DNA of 43,582 nucleotides from Thermoplasmatota archaeon. Lineage in GTDB: Archaea > Thermoplasmatota > E2 > JACPAO01 > JAHFTW01. The stretch spans positions 1 to 43,582 of the forward strand of contig JBMZMP010000002.1 in assembly GCA_049619235.1 (NCBI GenBank), in the 5' to 3' direction. Under the pieces are notes generated by a model. It did no database searches, had not been told where the DNA came from, and worked only from the letters and a program-made list of their open reading frames with translations. The translations under genes and the position numbers were made by a program. Every line of letters starts with the position of its first letter. Position 1 is the first letter of the stretch. Shown one piece after another: positions 18,321-27,878 of the stretch.

Positions 18321-18953
18321 CTACTTTCCGTCCGCGTCGTGGGCGTGGACTTGGTGGATTCGTTGCAAACCCATCAGCACACCATTGTCCCAGGCGATTT
18401 TGATGACGTCCAGTGGCTCCGGAGCAGGGGTTCCAGGGACATGGGTTCCCAAGTCGTAAATGTCGTACTGCGCCTGGTGACAGGGGCACAACACGCGGCC
18501 ATCGTTGACGCCGTCACCGTCGTAATCCGGGACGTCCTTGCTGCCGCCAAGAGCGCCGTCCCAGCCCACCGTGCACCCCAGGTGTTTGCAACTGCCATGG
18601 TACGCCAGCACGAGTCGATCCGTTCCAGGCAATGCCAATGCAAATTGGGCCGTGTCCACGCCACGAAGTTTCGTGGACGCTTCCAAAATGGCACGGTCCA
18701 CGACATACACCACGACCGGGTGCCATCCTTCCGTGCCCCATTGGGCCGTGTACACTCCCGTTGAATCCCCTACAAGGGTGTGCAACGTGGAAGCAGTGAG
18801 CAATTCGACTTCGAAGTTTTCCGTCAATCGCAAAATGGGTTGCGCGATTGGTGGCTTGCTTCGCCCCGCCACATACATTCCAGCCCCCAATGCGCAGGTG
18901 GCACCAAACACGGCCGCACCTTTCAGAAATTCCCGCCGGGGCACATCGGTCAT
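18321..18953 (-). CDS. Rieske [2Fe-2S] protein with a twin-arginine signal
   Basis: MTDVPRREFLKGAAVFG Tat motif. CKHLGC and CPCH cluster-binding boxes. ATG at 18953 preferred over the upstream GTG at 18998. Confidence 0.85.
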   Translation of the reverse strand: MTDVPRREFLKGAAVFGATCALGAGMYVAGRSKPPIAQPILRLTENFEVELLTASTLHTLVGDSTGVYTAQWGTEGWHPVVVYVVDRAILEASTKLRGVDTAQFALALPGTDRLVLAYHGSCKHLGCTVGWDGALGGSKDVPDYDGDGVNDGRVLCPCHQAQYDIYDLGTHVPGTPAPEPLDVIKIAWDNGVLMGLQRIHQVHAHDADGK

Positions 18954-19059
18954 GCCACACACATCTCCCCCAGATTGTTCAAACCTTTCCCCGGCCACCC
19001 CCGGCTCTGTTTCACCGGCCTGCCGTCACGGCTTTCAGGGCACCCCCTCTGGCCCGCCT

Positions 19060-20043
19060 ATGAAGCTCGCAAGCATCCCCACCGATGGCAAATGGCACCG
19101 CGACGGGCGCCTCGTGGTCGTCCACAAGGACCAATTTGCGCCGGTGCCCGAACACATCGCCATCAACATGGCCGAAGCCATGCAAGACTGGGAAGCCACC
19201 GAGCCAAAACTCCGCGCATTCCACGCCCAACTCGCAAATGGCGACATCAAGGGAACGCCCGTGGCGGGCCAACGGTTCCTTTCCCCAATGCCCCGCAGCA
19301 CGTGCTGGATCGACGGCAGCGCCTACATCCAACACATCATCCTGGTCCGCAAGGCCCGCAACGCCGAACCGCCGGAAACCCTCCGCACCGTGCCACTCAT
19401 GTACCAAGGCAGCGCCGAACCCATGCTCGGCCCCACCGACGACATCGTCGTGACCAGTGAAGACTACGGCATCGACTTCGAATCCGAAGTGTACGTCGTC
19501 TTGGACGAAGTCCCCATGGGCACCAAAGCCGAAGACGCAGGACAATACATCAAACTCATTGGCATCCTCAACGATGTCAGCCTCCGCAACCTCATTCCCG
19601 CCGAATTGAAGGCCGGGTTCGGGTTCTTCCATGGCAAACCCAACAGCGCCCACGCGCCCTACCTTTGCACCCCCGACGAATTGGGCGACGCATGGAAGGA
19701 CTGCCGCGTCCACTTGGACCTCATCACCCACCTCAACGGCAAACTGCACGGCAACCCCAACGCCGGCCCCGAAATGCACTTTGGATTCCACGAATTGATT
19801 GCCCACGCAGCCAAAACCCGCCCGCTCCCCGCAGGCACCGTGCTTGGAAGCGGCACCGTGAGCAACGTGGACACCAGCCGAGGCAGCAGCTGCCTGGCCG
19901 AAACCCGCATGCTCGAAATCATCAACGAAGGCGAAGCCAAGACGCCCTTCATGAAGTTCGGCGACACGGTCAAAATCGAAATGTTCGACGCCAACGGGGA
20001 GAACTTGTTCGGCACCATTGAGCAAACGGTTCGCCAAGCATGA
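19060..20043 (+). CDS. Fumarylacetoacetate hydrolase (FAH) family protein
   Basis: The sequence from MKLASIPTDGKWHRDGRLVVV to the end resembles FAH-family hydrolases. The first 174 codons of track ORF 18538.. are antisense to the Rieske gene and were discarded. Confidence 0.88.
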   Translation: MKLASIPTDGKWHRDGRLVVVHKDQFAPVPEHIAINMAEAMQDWEATEPKLRAFHAQLANGDIKGTPVAGQRFLSPMPRSTCWIDGSAYIQHIILVRKARNAEPPETLRTVPLMYQGSAEPMLGPTDDIVVTSEDYGIDFESEVYVVLDEVPMGTKAEDAGQYIKLIGILNDVSLRNLIPAELKAGFGFFHGKPNSAHAPYLCTPDELGDAWKDCRVHLDLITHLNGKLHGNPNAGPEMHFGFHELIAHAAKTRPLPAGTVLGSGTVSNVDTSRGSSCLAETRMLEIINEGEAKTPFMKFGDTVKIEMFDANGENLFGTIEQTVRQA

Positions 20044-20930
20044 TGGACACGCTCCTTCGAGGCATCTTCGACTATGCAGGCATGTTCCCACCTGCCGCGC
20101 TGAGTTTCGAAGAGGCTCTCGAAGAGTCCGCTCGCTTTGGCGGCCTCGACCGGCCGTTCCTTGTGGGCGGCGACATGGTCCTGATGCTCCCGGAGGCCGC
20201 CAAATTGACGCCGGAGGCGTTGAAGGCCGCCCAGTACCCGCGCCATGAGCTGCTTCTCTGCCTTGTGGGCATCCACAAGGGCAACCTCCGGGAGGCCATT
20301 GATTTCGCGAAGGAAGATCACGGCATTGTACGGGTCACCGCGATTGAAGCGGCCACGGATCTCTCAGAGGACTGGGTCTCGGAGCGGGACGAACTTGCAA
20401 GACACGGCATTTCACTCTACGTGGAACCCCGCATTACGGACGCAGATTGGCCTGCGCAGGAAGCCGCGGTTTGGGCTTTCGTGGACCGCTTGAACGAAGG
20501 CGGCCGCGTTGGTCTCAAAGTGCGCGCGGCAGGACCCACTGCCCTCCGTGCGGCAACGTTTGCCCGCATCATTGGCGAAGTGAACGCCCGCGGCATCCCC
20601 TTCAAGGCCACCCAAGGCCTGCACCACCCCATTCCCGAGGAGCGGTACGGCAACGAGTTTGGGTTCCTCGGGTTGGCCATGGCGCTTCGCTTGGATTACG
20701 CGCTTGGCCTCTCCGAAGCGGAGCGGCTTGACATCATGTTGAGCGATGAACCCGCTGATTTCGTGTTGTACGACGGATTCGGATTCAAGGCAAAGCGAGC
20801 CATGGCGCAGCGAGTGACGCAGGCGATGCAAGCGGTGCCGTTCAGCATTGGAAGTTGCTCCCTCTCGGAGCCGGATGGGGACTTGACGCGGCTGTTCGAT
20901 AGCCCCCGGCCTGCGCACCTGCTCGAATAA
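20040..20930 (+). CDS. Hypothetical protein, translationally coupled to the FAH gene
   Basis: ATGA overlap with the upstream stop. 296 aa with protein-like composition. No family recognised by eye (notable segment FKATQGLHHPIPEE). Confidence 0.65.
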   Translation: MMDTLLRGIFDYAGMFPPAALSFEEALEESARFGGLDRPFLVGGDMVLMLPEAAKLTPEALKAAQYPRHELLLCLVGIHKGNLREAIDFAKEDHGIVRVTAIEAATDLSEDWVSERDELARHGISLYVEPRITDADWPAQEAAVWAFVDRLNEGGRVGLKVRAAGPTALRAATFARIIGEVNARGIPFKATQGLHHPIPEERYGNEFGFLGLAMALRLDYALGLSEAERLDIMLSDEPADFVLYDGFGFKAKRAMAQRVTQAMQAVPFSIGSCSLSEPDGDLTRLFDSPRPAHLLE

Positions 20931-20955
20931 TAAGGCCACAAGCGCATCAGGCCGT

Positions 20956-21378
20956 GTGCGAGTGCGGGCAGTGCTGCGAACCCACGCGGACCAGCAAGCG
21001 ATTTGGGATTACGTCTCGGAACCCAACAACGACCCAAAGTGGGTGAACACCACGCCCCTCGTTGACGTGGTCGGCAATGGCCCAGACATGGAGTTCACGT
21101 TTCAACAAGTGTTTGGCAAGAAGGAGTCCTGGGGCACGGCAAAAGTGGTGGAGTGGGACGAACCGCGGCGCTTGGTTTGGCGCGTGGAGGACAGCAGGCG
21201 GGTCACCATGGTGACGTATGAAATAGCGGACGGTTGGTTTCGCCAAACCAACCGAACCAAGTGGAAGCAATGGCGGTTGTTGAGCCCGCTCATGTATCCG
21301 TTCGTGGCCATGCAGATGCACAAGCAGTTGCGCGCTTTGGGTTTGCAATTGCGGGAACACGCGCCACCCCCCGAGTGA
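20956..21378 (+). CDS. SRPBCC (START/Bet v1-like, polyketide cyclase/dehydrase-type) family protein
   Basis: About 140 aa. An N-terminal segment (ADQQAIWDYVSEPNNDPKW) typical of the fold. GTG start. Confidence 0.65.
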   Translation: MRVRAVLRTHADQQAIWDYVSEPNNDPKWVNTTPLVDVVGNGPDMEFTFQQVFGKKESWGTAKVVEWDEPRRLVWRVEDSRRVTMVTYEIADGWFRQTNRTKWKQWRLLSPLMYPFVAMQMHKQLRALGLQLREHAPPPE

Positions 21379-21421
21379 CCAACCCGCCAAACAACCCGTC
21401 ATTTGACGGGGATTTGGTCAT

Positions 21422-22132
21422 ATGGGTCCGCACATATCCGGCAGTATGCTGCAAGTGACCCTCAGTGCCCAACACGGATGCGCCCTTTGCAACGTCACCG
21501 AAAACTGCGACGGCGCCAAGATTGCCTTGTGGTGCAACTACGCCCACGACGCCGTGGAAATCACCATTGAGGAAGGCGGCAGCGCCTGCCTCGACGCCAT
21601 CTGGCAAATCGCACCCGGCGCCAGCATCAAACAAGACCCCGGCGACCCGCGCCGGTACCACGCACTGTTTCCATGCATCCACAGCCGCGCCGACGGTGGC
21701 GTGCAAGCGCTCGCGGAAGAATTCCACTGCATCGCCTTGTCCCCCATCATTTACGAAAAAGGCTGGGAAACCCACCGCGTCGTGGCCTGGGACGACCACG
21801 CATTCAAGGGGCTCTTCGACCAACTCTCCTCTGAATTTCCGGTGAAGATCCGCTCCAAGCGGCACCTCGAAGGAAGCCTGTTTGAACACAGCATGATCTT
21901 GTCCGCGAATGACTTGCTTGGAAACCTCACGGACAAACAACTCACCGCCGTGGAAACCGCAGTCCAAGGCGGCTACTACGAAACACCGCGACGCAGCCGC
22001 GTGCAGGACCTCGCGGACGGCTCCGGCGTGCCACGCACCACGTACCAAGAACACCTGCAAAAAGGAGAAGCCAAGTTGATGCAGGCGGTCGCCCCCATGC
22101 TTGGTTTGCGCGCAGCCGGCAAACGACGGTAA
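21422..22132 (+). CDS. HTH_10 (bacterio-opsin activator-like) transcriptional regulator
   Basis: C-terminal LTDKQLTAVETAVQGGYYETPRRSRVQDLADGSGVPRTTYQEHLQKGEAKL matches the Bat-type HTH. Confidence 0.8.
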   Translation: MGPHISGSMLQVTLSAQHGCALCNVTENCDGAKIALWCNYAHDAVEITIEEGGSACLDAIWQIAPGASIKQDPGDPRRYHALFPCIHSRADGGVQALAEEFHCIALSPIIYEKGWETHRVVAWDDHAFKGLFDQLSSEFPVKIRSKRHLEGSLFEHSMILSANDLLGNLTDKQLTAVETAVQGGYYETPRRSRVQDLADGSGVPRTTYQEHLQKGEAKLMQAVAPMLGLRAAGKRR

Positions 22133-22196
22133 ACCAATCCCGCTCATCGGGAAATGACGGCAGCAACCCCATCCCCTCCAGGACCTTGCTGCATGC

Positions 22197-23105
22197 ATGA
22201 AGCGCGCCGCCTACACCGCCACCTACCTGCTCTGGGGCTCCACGTTCCTCGGCATCGCCATCGCCGTGAAGGAACACGACCCGTTGTTCATCGCGGCGTC
22301 CAGGTTCCTACTCGCCGGGGGCATCATCCTCGTCTTTGCACAACGGGCCCAAAACGACCTGCCCTGGCCACGCGCTTTCGTCACGGGTGGATTCTACTTG
22401 CTTGGCACCCACGGCATCATGAGCAGCCTCGCAACATCGGTCCCAAGTGGATTGCTCGCGGTGGCCATGGCGACGGCCCCCATGTGGATTGCCGTGCTGG
22501 AAGGCAACCGAAAACAAATCCCAACCTTGCTTCTGGGGCTCGCGGGGGTCGCCGTACTGGCGTGGCCCGGTGGCTCCGTTTCGATTGCACAACTTGCGTG
22601 GCTCGTTGGGGCAGCTGTCAGTTGGGCCATCGGAAGTGTCCTGACAAAACGCTGGGGAAGCGGCTTGCCAGCTGCGTCCATGGCGGGGCGACAAATGGTC
22701 GCCGGCGGAGCGCTCTTGCTGGCCGCATCGGGGCTGGCCGGAGAAACTTGGGCGGTTCCAACCGGGACGAGTCTGGCCGCCGTGCTGTACCTTGCCGTGT
22801 TTGGAAGCATCCTCACCTACTTCGCGTACCTCTACCTCATCCGCACCACCACCATGGCCCGCGCCAGCAGCTACACCTTCGTGAACCCCATTGTGGCGGT
22901 GGCCTTGGGTGCCTGGCTTGCCAGTGAGCCGGTCACGTGGCGCCTCTTCGTGGCCCTGCCGCTTGTGCTACTTACGCTTGGTTTGCTGCTGCGACCTGCG
23001 CGAGCAAGTCCCGCAGCGGTTGCTCCGGTGCCGCTTGAAGCTTCACGTGACGTGCATGCTTGCCGGTGCCCTCCACCTTCCATTGGCCCGTCGCGTCCGC
23101 TTTGA
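22197..23105 (+). CDS. EamA/DMT superfamily transporter
   Basis: Ten hydrophobic segments and an N-terminus YLLWGSTFLGIAIAV typical of EamA. The C-terminal tail overlaps the convergent gene by 134 nt. Confidence 0.85.
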   Translation: MKRAAYTATYLLWGSTFLGIAIAVKEHDPLFIAASRFLLAGGIILVFAQRAQNDLPWPRAFVTGGFYLLGTHGIMSSLATSVPSGLLAVAMATAPMWIAVLEGNRKQIPTLLLGLAGVAVLAWPGGSVSIAQLAWLVGAAVSWAIGSVLTKRWGSGLPAASMAGRQMVAGGALLLAASGLAGETWAVPTGTSLAAVLYLAVFGSILTYFAYLYLIRTTTMARASSYTFVNPIVAVALGAWLASEPVTWRLFVALPLVLLTLGLLLRPARASPAAVAPVPLEASRDVHACRCPPPSIGPSRPL

Positions 23106-23343
23106 GGTTGTGGAAGTACAATTTGACGTGCGTGTCCTCGGGGGAAATCATCGCCCAAACGTTGGCATCGTGCTTGTACTGGGCATATCCCATCATCTTG
23201 GCTCCGCCCACGTGCTCCGTCAATTCGGGAAGGCACTCCAGCACAATCTGGCGAATGGCGCGCGTCAATGCGCCGGTCCCCTCGGAGTACCCAGCAAGCA
23301 CTTCGTCCCAGGTGCGCGGCGGTGTTTCGAACCGTGCCTTCAC
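22972..23343 (-). CDS. DUF1801 (YdhG-like) domain protein
   Basis: Size and pattern (IRQIVLECLPELTEHV...KMMGY...HVKLYF) resemble the YdhG-like family. ATGA overlap with the upstream lipoprotein gene. Confidence 0.6.
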   Translation of the reverse strand: MKARFETPPRTWDEVLAGYSEGTGALTRAIRQIVLECLPELTEHVGGAKMMGYAQYKHDANVWAMISPEDTHVKLYFHNLKADATGQWKVEGTGKHARHVKLQAAPEQPLRDLLAQVAAANQA

Positions 23344-24296
23344 GGCAACGCGCCCGTTGTGCCGAGGACCGTGACGTCAAAGGAGTGGTCTTGCGTCATG
23401 CCCCAAACCGTGGTCGTGGCAGACCAGGTCTGTGTCTCCGTGAACAAGGAACCCATCGTGCAGGGCTCTGTGGTTGGTGCGGGGGACGGGGATTCCATGA
23501 GGAGGTCCAGCGTGACGCGGTCCTCCAGCGTGGCACTGGCTTCGTAGGAAACTGTGGTCCCCGAAATGGTTCCTTGTTCGGAGGACAGCGGCGTGTTTGG
23601 GGCAAAGTCGATGGTTGCTTCGCCTCGCAGTTGTGGGAATTCCATGTTCACGAGGGCGATGTCGGACCCGTCTGCACACACCACGTCATCCCGCGTGGAA
23701 ATGGCCACCTTGGGGGGAAAATCATCTGGGTGGAGCCGACCGATTTGGGCATCCAATTCGTCTCCCGGTTGCGAATCCTGGATGACGATGTACATGGAGT
23801 AATCCCCAGATTCATGCCGGAATTCCTGCACCGACTCCATTTCGATGCCCCAGTCCACCAACTCCGCAGGCAAAGCACCTGGGAGCCAGGCGTGACTGAT
23901 GTCATTGAGGGCAAATTCGGATGCATAGTACTGCTTCTCGCCATCCACCATGGCGTACAAGGAGCAGGACATGTGGGTCGCCACCAAGTGGAACCCGTCG
24001 CGAACCAAGTTCCAATGATCATCCTCGTGGACGCTTGCAAAACAGTACACGGTTGGTTCACCCATGTCGTAGTACTGCATGCTGTACGTGACGTTTCCCG
24101 GGGCCGAGCCCAGGGGGACGGTGACGAAGTTTTGCATCTTGCCGACCACGTCAGGAATCATGGTCTCCATGGCGACCAAGGGCTTCTCTTCAATGAACGT
24201 GAGTCCTGGCGCGTCAAATTGGCTTCGCGCGCCCGAATCTTCGGACACACAACCCGCAAGGGACATTGCAATCAGGGCAACCACGAGCAACCGCAT
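23340..24296 (-). CDS. Lipoprotein of unknown function
   Basis: MRLLVVALIAMSLAGC lipobox. 318 aa, acidic, no recognised domain. Confidence 0.7.
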   Translation of the reverse strand: MRLLVVALIAMSLAGCVSEDSGARSQFDAPGLTFIEEKPLVAMETMIPDVVGKMQNFVTVPLGSAPGNVTYSMQYYDMGEPTVYCFASVHEDDHWNLVRDGFHLVATHMSCSLYAMVDGEKQYYASEFALNDISHAWLPGALPAELVDWGIEMESVQEFRHESGDYSMYIVIQDSQPGDELDAQIGRLHPDDFPPKVAISTRDDVVCADGSDIALVNMEFPQLRGEATIDFAPNTPLSSEQGTISGTTVSYEASATLEDRVTLDLLMESPSPAPTTEPCTMGSLFTETQTWSATTTVWGMTQDHSFDVTVLGTTGALP

Positions 24297-24324
24297 GGGA
24301 AGCCATCTGGCGACCCATTCAAAG

Positions 24325-24699
24325 TCATTCCTGCAAGTAGGCCTTCAGTTTCTCCAGACGGTCCCCGTCGGTTTTGAGGAACTTCGCCGCGCCGGGGCCA
24401 GAGACGTTCATCTGGGCATTGCAAGAGCCGCCGCCGCCTTTCTTCGCCGCAAACGTCACGGACACTCCGTCGGATTCCATGGTGAACGTGAGGGCGCGGC
24501 GGTCGTAAGCGGTGACCGTCCATTTGCGGCTCCGGAACCCTTTCTTCTCCGTCCAGGAAAAGCCCTCCCCGAATCCATCCTCGTCAAACTGCACCTTCCG
24601 ACCCAAGTAATCAGGCACGGCGTCAATGGCGCACAAGAACTGAAACACGTTCTTGGGAGGGGCCGGGAAAATGAGGGTGGGCACAACCTGCACTCCCAT
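24325..24699 (-). CDS. Small hypothetical protein, possibly SRPBCC-like
   Basis: ORF with protein-like composition. ATG at 24699 preferred over TTG at 24732. The fold assignment is only a guess from length and pattern. Confidence 0.45.
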   Translation of the reverse strand: MGVQVVPTLIFPAPPKNVFQFLCAIDAVPDYLGRKVQFDEDGFGEGFSWTEKKGFRSRKWTVTAYDRRALTFTMESDGVSVTFAAKKGGGGSCNAQMNVSGPGAAKFLKTDGDRLEKLKAYLQE

Positions 24700-24782
24700 C
24701 CGCAGGGGATAGGGGTTTTCCTCAATAGACAACGGAAACCCCGGGCATCGGCCCTAAGCCTCCAAAATTTTCGGCACCCACA

Positions 24783-25820
24783 ATGCGAATTGCAACTCTA
24801 CTCGTGGTCGCCGCAATCCTTGCGTCCGGCTGCGTATCTGAAGATGAACCTACGTTCGAATGGACGCACGAGCCCCGCCCTGTGGAAGCGGAGCCGGAAA
24901 TGCCCCCGGCCAAAGACCTCCCGCCTCTGCAAGACCCCATCCCAGTTCCTGAGGCGGAACCGCTTCGTTTCCTGGTCATCGGAGACCAAGGTACGGGGGA
25001 TGAAAACCAGTACGCGGTGGCCGAAACCATGGCTGCCGTTTGTGCGGCGCAAGGCTGCGACTTTGTCATCGCAAACGGCGACAATGTGTACGACGTGGGC
25101 GCAATCACGGAGTATGACCCGGCCTTTGATTCCAAGTTCGAAACCCCATACGCACAAGTCAACCTGCCATTCTACTTGACCCTCGGAAACCACGACAACG
25201 GCTTCATCGGCGCGGTGACCGCCCTTGGCGACACCCAAGTGAAGTACACGTACCGGGAGGATCGGCCGAGCCAAATGTGGAACCTGCCGGCCCGGTTTTA
25301 CTCGCAAGCCTTCGGAGACGTGTTGGAAATTTTCAGCCTGGACACGGACACCATCGACAAGGACTACGCCTGGGCCAACACCAGCATCGTTGCCGGGGAG
25401 GTGCAGCAAACGTGGATTCGGGAGCGCATTGAGGCCAGCAACGCCACTTGGAAAATCAGCTTCGGCCACTACAACTACATCAGCAACGGCAACTACGGAG
25501 ACGGCAATCCTTCTTTCAAGACGGCGCTTGAAAACAGCATCTGCGACCGCGTGCAATTCCACTTGCAAGGGCACGATCATGACTTGCAATGGCTGAACCC
25601 TGTGGAGTCCTGTGGCCGGACGGAGTTCATCGTCAGCGGCGCGGCAGGCAAGACCCGCCCGGACAACGACCATGGGTTCGAAGAGAGGTTCAGCACAGGA
25701 GACACCCTTGGATTTGCCTGGGTGGAAATCATTGGGGAATCACTCCGTTTGCAGTTCATCGACGTGGATCAAGAAGTTCTCTTCGAACAAACCGTGACCA
25801 AGTCCGAATTGGGCTGGTGA
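24783..25820 (+). CDS. Calcineurin-like metallophosphoesterase lipoprotein
   Basis: Lipobox AAILASGC. Motifs GDQG, GDNVYD, GNHD and GHDHD in canonical order. Confidence 0.85.
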   Translation: MRIATLLVVAAILASGCVSEDEPTFEWTHEPRPVEAEPEMPPAKDLPPLQDPIPVPEAEPLRFLVIGDQGTGDENQYAVAETMAAVCAAQGCDFVIANGDNVYDVGAITEYDPAFDSKFETPYAQVNLPFYLTLGNHDNGFIGAVTALGDTQVKYTYREDRPSQMWNLPARFYSQAFGDVLEIFSLDTDTIDKDYAWANTSIVAGEVQQTWIRERIEASNATWKISFGHYNYISNGNYGDGNPSFKTALENSICDRVQFHLQGHDHDLQWLNPVESCGRTEFIVSGAAGKTRPDNDHGFEERFSTGDTLGFAWVEIIGESLRLQFIDVDQEVLFEQTVTKSELGW

Positions 25821-25863
25821 CCCCCCTCCGCCCCCCGTTCGATTCTTTTCCCCTTCTTCCACT

Positions 25864-26307
25864 TTAGGGGCTGGCTGCTGCGTCAATGTCTGCCAGCAAA
25901 GCCTTGATGGCTTTGTTGAAGCTGGGTTTCATGAGGAGCGCTTCCAAGACGGGCGCCAGCGGTCCTCCTTTTGCCTTCATGTCGAAGGTCATGGTGATTT
26001 GGCTGCCGCTTCCGGCGGGCTTCACTTGCATGTAGCCTTCTGCGAATTTCAGGGGCGCGTTGGTTTTGGTGATGGCGATGCGCATGGCGGTGTCGGTGCG
26101 TTCGGTGACGCGTTCTTCGACCCATTGTTTGCCCTTGGCGTCAAATTCGCATTTGCGTTCCGCACCCACACCGGATTTGATGTTGTTGAGGGGGACGCTG
26201 GTTGCGACGCCTTTGCTGTACTTGCTGATGTTCGCGAAGTCGTCGAGGATGTTCCAGATGGCTTCGGGGCGGGCGGCAGTGGTTCGGGTTTGCATGACAG
26301 TTGCCAT
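25864..26307 (-). CDS. SRPBCC family protein
   Basis: AARPEAIWNILDDFANISKY and a family-like core. ATG at 26307 preferred over GTG at 26340. Confidence 0.75.
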   Translation of the reverse strand: MATVMQTRTTAARPEAIWNILDDFANISKYSKGVATSVPLNNIKSGVGAERKCEFDAKGKQWVEERVTERTDTAMRIAITKTNAPLKFAEGYMQVKPAGSGSQITMTFDMKAKGGPLAPVLEALLMKPSFNKAIKALLADIDAAASP

Positions 26308-26368
26308 ACGGGAACCATTGGGCGGGGGGTGGTAAGTCACGCGGCCGCCTTGCGACCGATTTTTGGAA

Positions 26369-26377
26369 TTTTAAATA
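26369..26377 (+). promoter_or_regulatory. Near-consensus archaeal TATA box TTTTAAATA
   Basis: Centred 26 nt upstream of ATG 26399, which implies a leaderless transcript. Confidence 0.5.
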
Positions 26378-26398
26378 CGAGCAAGGGGTTTTTCATGC

Positions 26399-27262
26399 AT
26401 GGACCCGGACTTTGCCGTGCTATGCGCCATCCAGCGGGCCCCCCTCGACGGGCCGGCTGCGTGGGCAAGGGCCGCGAAGCAAGACGTCTCCTCGGTGCGC
26501 AGGCGCATCAAGCGTCTCGAAGAAACCGGCGTGCTGCAGGGGTTCAGTGCCATCCCGCCCCCCGCAGTGTTTGGCCGCACGTACGCGCCATACACATTCC
26601 AATCCGACGAGCCCCCAAACCTCGACGCCGTACTCGCGGTTCCAGATGTGGCATGGGCAGTCAGCGTCTTGGACGGGCGGACATTCGTGATTGCCTACGA
26701 AGCAGGAACGCACCGCCAGGACGAACTGGAAACCATCCTCGGGCCTGCAACGGATGCCTTCGAGCACGCGGGCCGGCCACAAGCTGCCACCCTCGGCCGC
26801 ATGGATTTCAAAATCCTACGAGAACTGATCATCGACCCACGCGCCACCGTTTCCAACCTATGCGAACGGACTGGCCTTTCTGCCAAAACCGTTCGCGCCC
26901 ACCGAGCGGCCATGGTCGCGCGCGGTGAAGTCAAAATCGACCCCATCATCAGGCCGCCAAACACGCCAGGCCGGCTCTATTACAACCTCAGCGTCCACGG
27001 CCCCAAGGCCCCGAAGGTGGAATCCCCATTGGCCATCACCCTGGAAACGTTCGAGTCCCCGCCCGCCACGTACCTGCTCGCCACGGCGAAGAATTTGCAG
27101 GAGCAAATGACGTTCCTGCGGGAATTGGAGTTGCGGGAGGACGTGTCGAATGTGAACGTGATGATGACGCACCGGTTCGCGATGGCATCCGCTCGCTTGG
27201 TTGGGTGGTGCAACGAAAAATTGGAGGAATGGGAAAAGGCGCGGATTGGTTCTACTGGGTGA
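26399..27262 (+). CDS. Winged-helix transcriptional regulator with two Lrp/AsnC-type HTH modules
   Basis: Two HTH-like segments (SSVRRRIKRLEETGVLQGF and ILRELIIDPRATVSNLCERTGLSAKTVRAHRAAM). Confidence 0.65.
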   Translation: MDPDFAVLCAIQRAPLDGPAAWARAAKQDVSSVRRRIKRLEETGVLQGFSAIPPPAVFGRTYAPYTFQSDEPPNLDAVLAVPDVAWAVSVLDGRTFVIAYEAGTHRQDELETILGPATDAFEHAGRPQAATLGRMDFKILRELIIDPRATVSNLCERTGLSAKTVRAHRAAMVARGEVKIDPIIRPPNTPGRLYYNLSVHGPKAPKVESPLAITLETFESPPATYLLATAKNLQEQMTFLRELELREDVSNVNVMMTHRFAMASARLVGWCNEKLEEWEKARIGSTG

Positions 27263-27878
27263 TGGCGCGCCAGTACGTGGCAGTCATTTGGCCCACGAGG
27301 ACGATGGCCACGAAGATGCCCACACCGAGTGCGAGGGCACCGAGGATGAACAATCCAATGGTGAGGAAGCCCATGCCGAAGATGGGCCACCAGTGGCCTT
27401 TGGTGTCTTCCCAGCTGGCCTTCATGGCTTCGATGACGCCCATTTCATCTTCCACGAATCGGAAGGACGTTTGGCTCAGTTTCACAGCCAGGTAGATGCC
27501 GGGAATGATCAAGAACACGAAGCCTACCGCGACGATGAGCGCAACCAGCAAGGACACGCCAATGGAGGGGAAGTAGCGGCGGCTGAATGCGTAGCCAAGA
27601 CTGGAGAATTCGGCTTTTTCGCCGCGAGACACGGCAAGGTGCGCGTGGGTTGCGCCCATTTGGAGCGGGATGACCAAGAAAATGGCAAACAACCCGCCGA
27701 CGATGCCGAGAACGGCGGCAGCGGCGCCACCCAAGTATTGCGCCGATTGACCCGGAGCCTCTGCAATCATGAGGATCAAAGTCATTGCCAGCAGAACCCA
27801 GAAGCTGGGCCACATGTTGGTCCATCCCTGTTTCAATGCTGCAAACACGCGTGGTTCGGGAATCTCTCCAGGAGCCAT
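27252..27878 (-). CDS. Integral membrane protein (DUF975-like architecture)
   Basis: Four to five TM segments. The family assignment is from pattern memory only. Confidence 0.65.
   Translation of the reverse strand: MAPGEIPEPRVFAALKQGWTNMWPSFWVLLAMTLILMIAEAPGQSAQYLGGAAAAVLGIVGGLFAIFLVIPLQMGATHAHLAVSRGEKAEFSSLGYAFSRRYFPSIGVSLLVALIVAVGFVFLIIPGIYLAVKLSQTSFRFVEDEMGVIEAMKASWEDTKGHWWPIFGMGFLTIGLFILGALALGVGIFVAIVLVGQMTATYWRAITQ

Noticed and set aside
18538-19059. N-terminal 174 codons of the 501-aa track ORF that ends as the FAH protein
   Set aside because: This part is antisense to the Rieske gene and is Pro/Ser/Thr/Arg-rich. FAH similarity begins at MKLASIP (19060).
21394-21411. Hairpin CCCGTC-ATTT-GACGGG between the SRPBCC gene and the HTH_10 regulator gene
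   Set aside because: A short 6-bp stem without a following T-tract. It could be a terminator or an operator, but the evidence is too thin to annotate.
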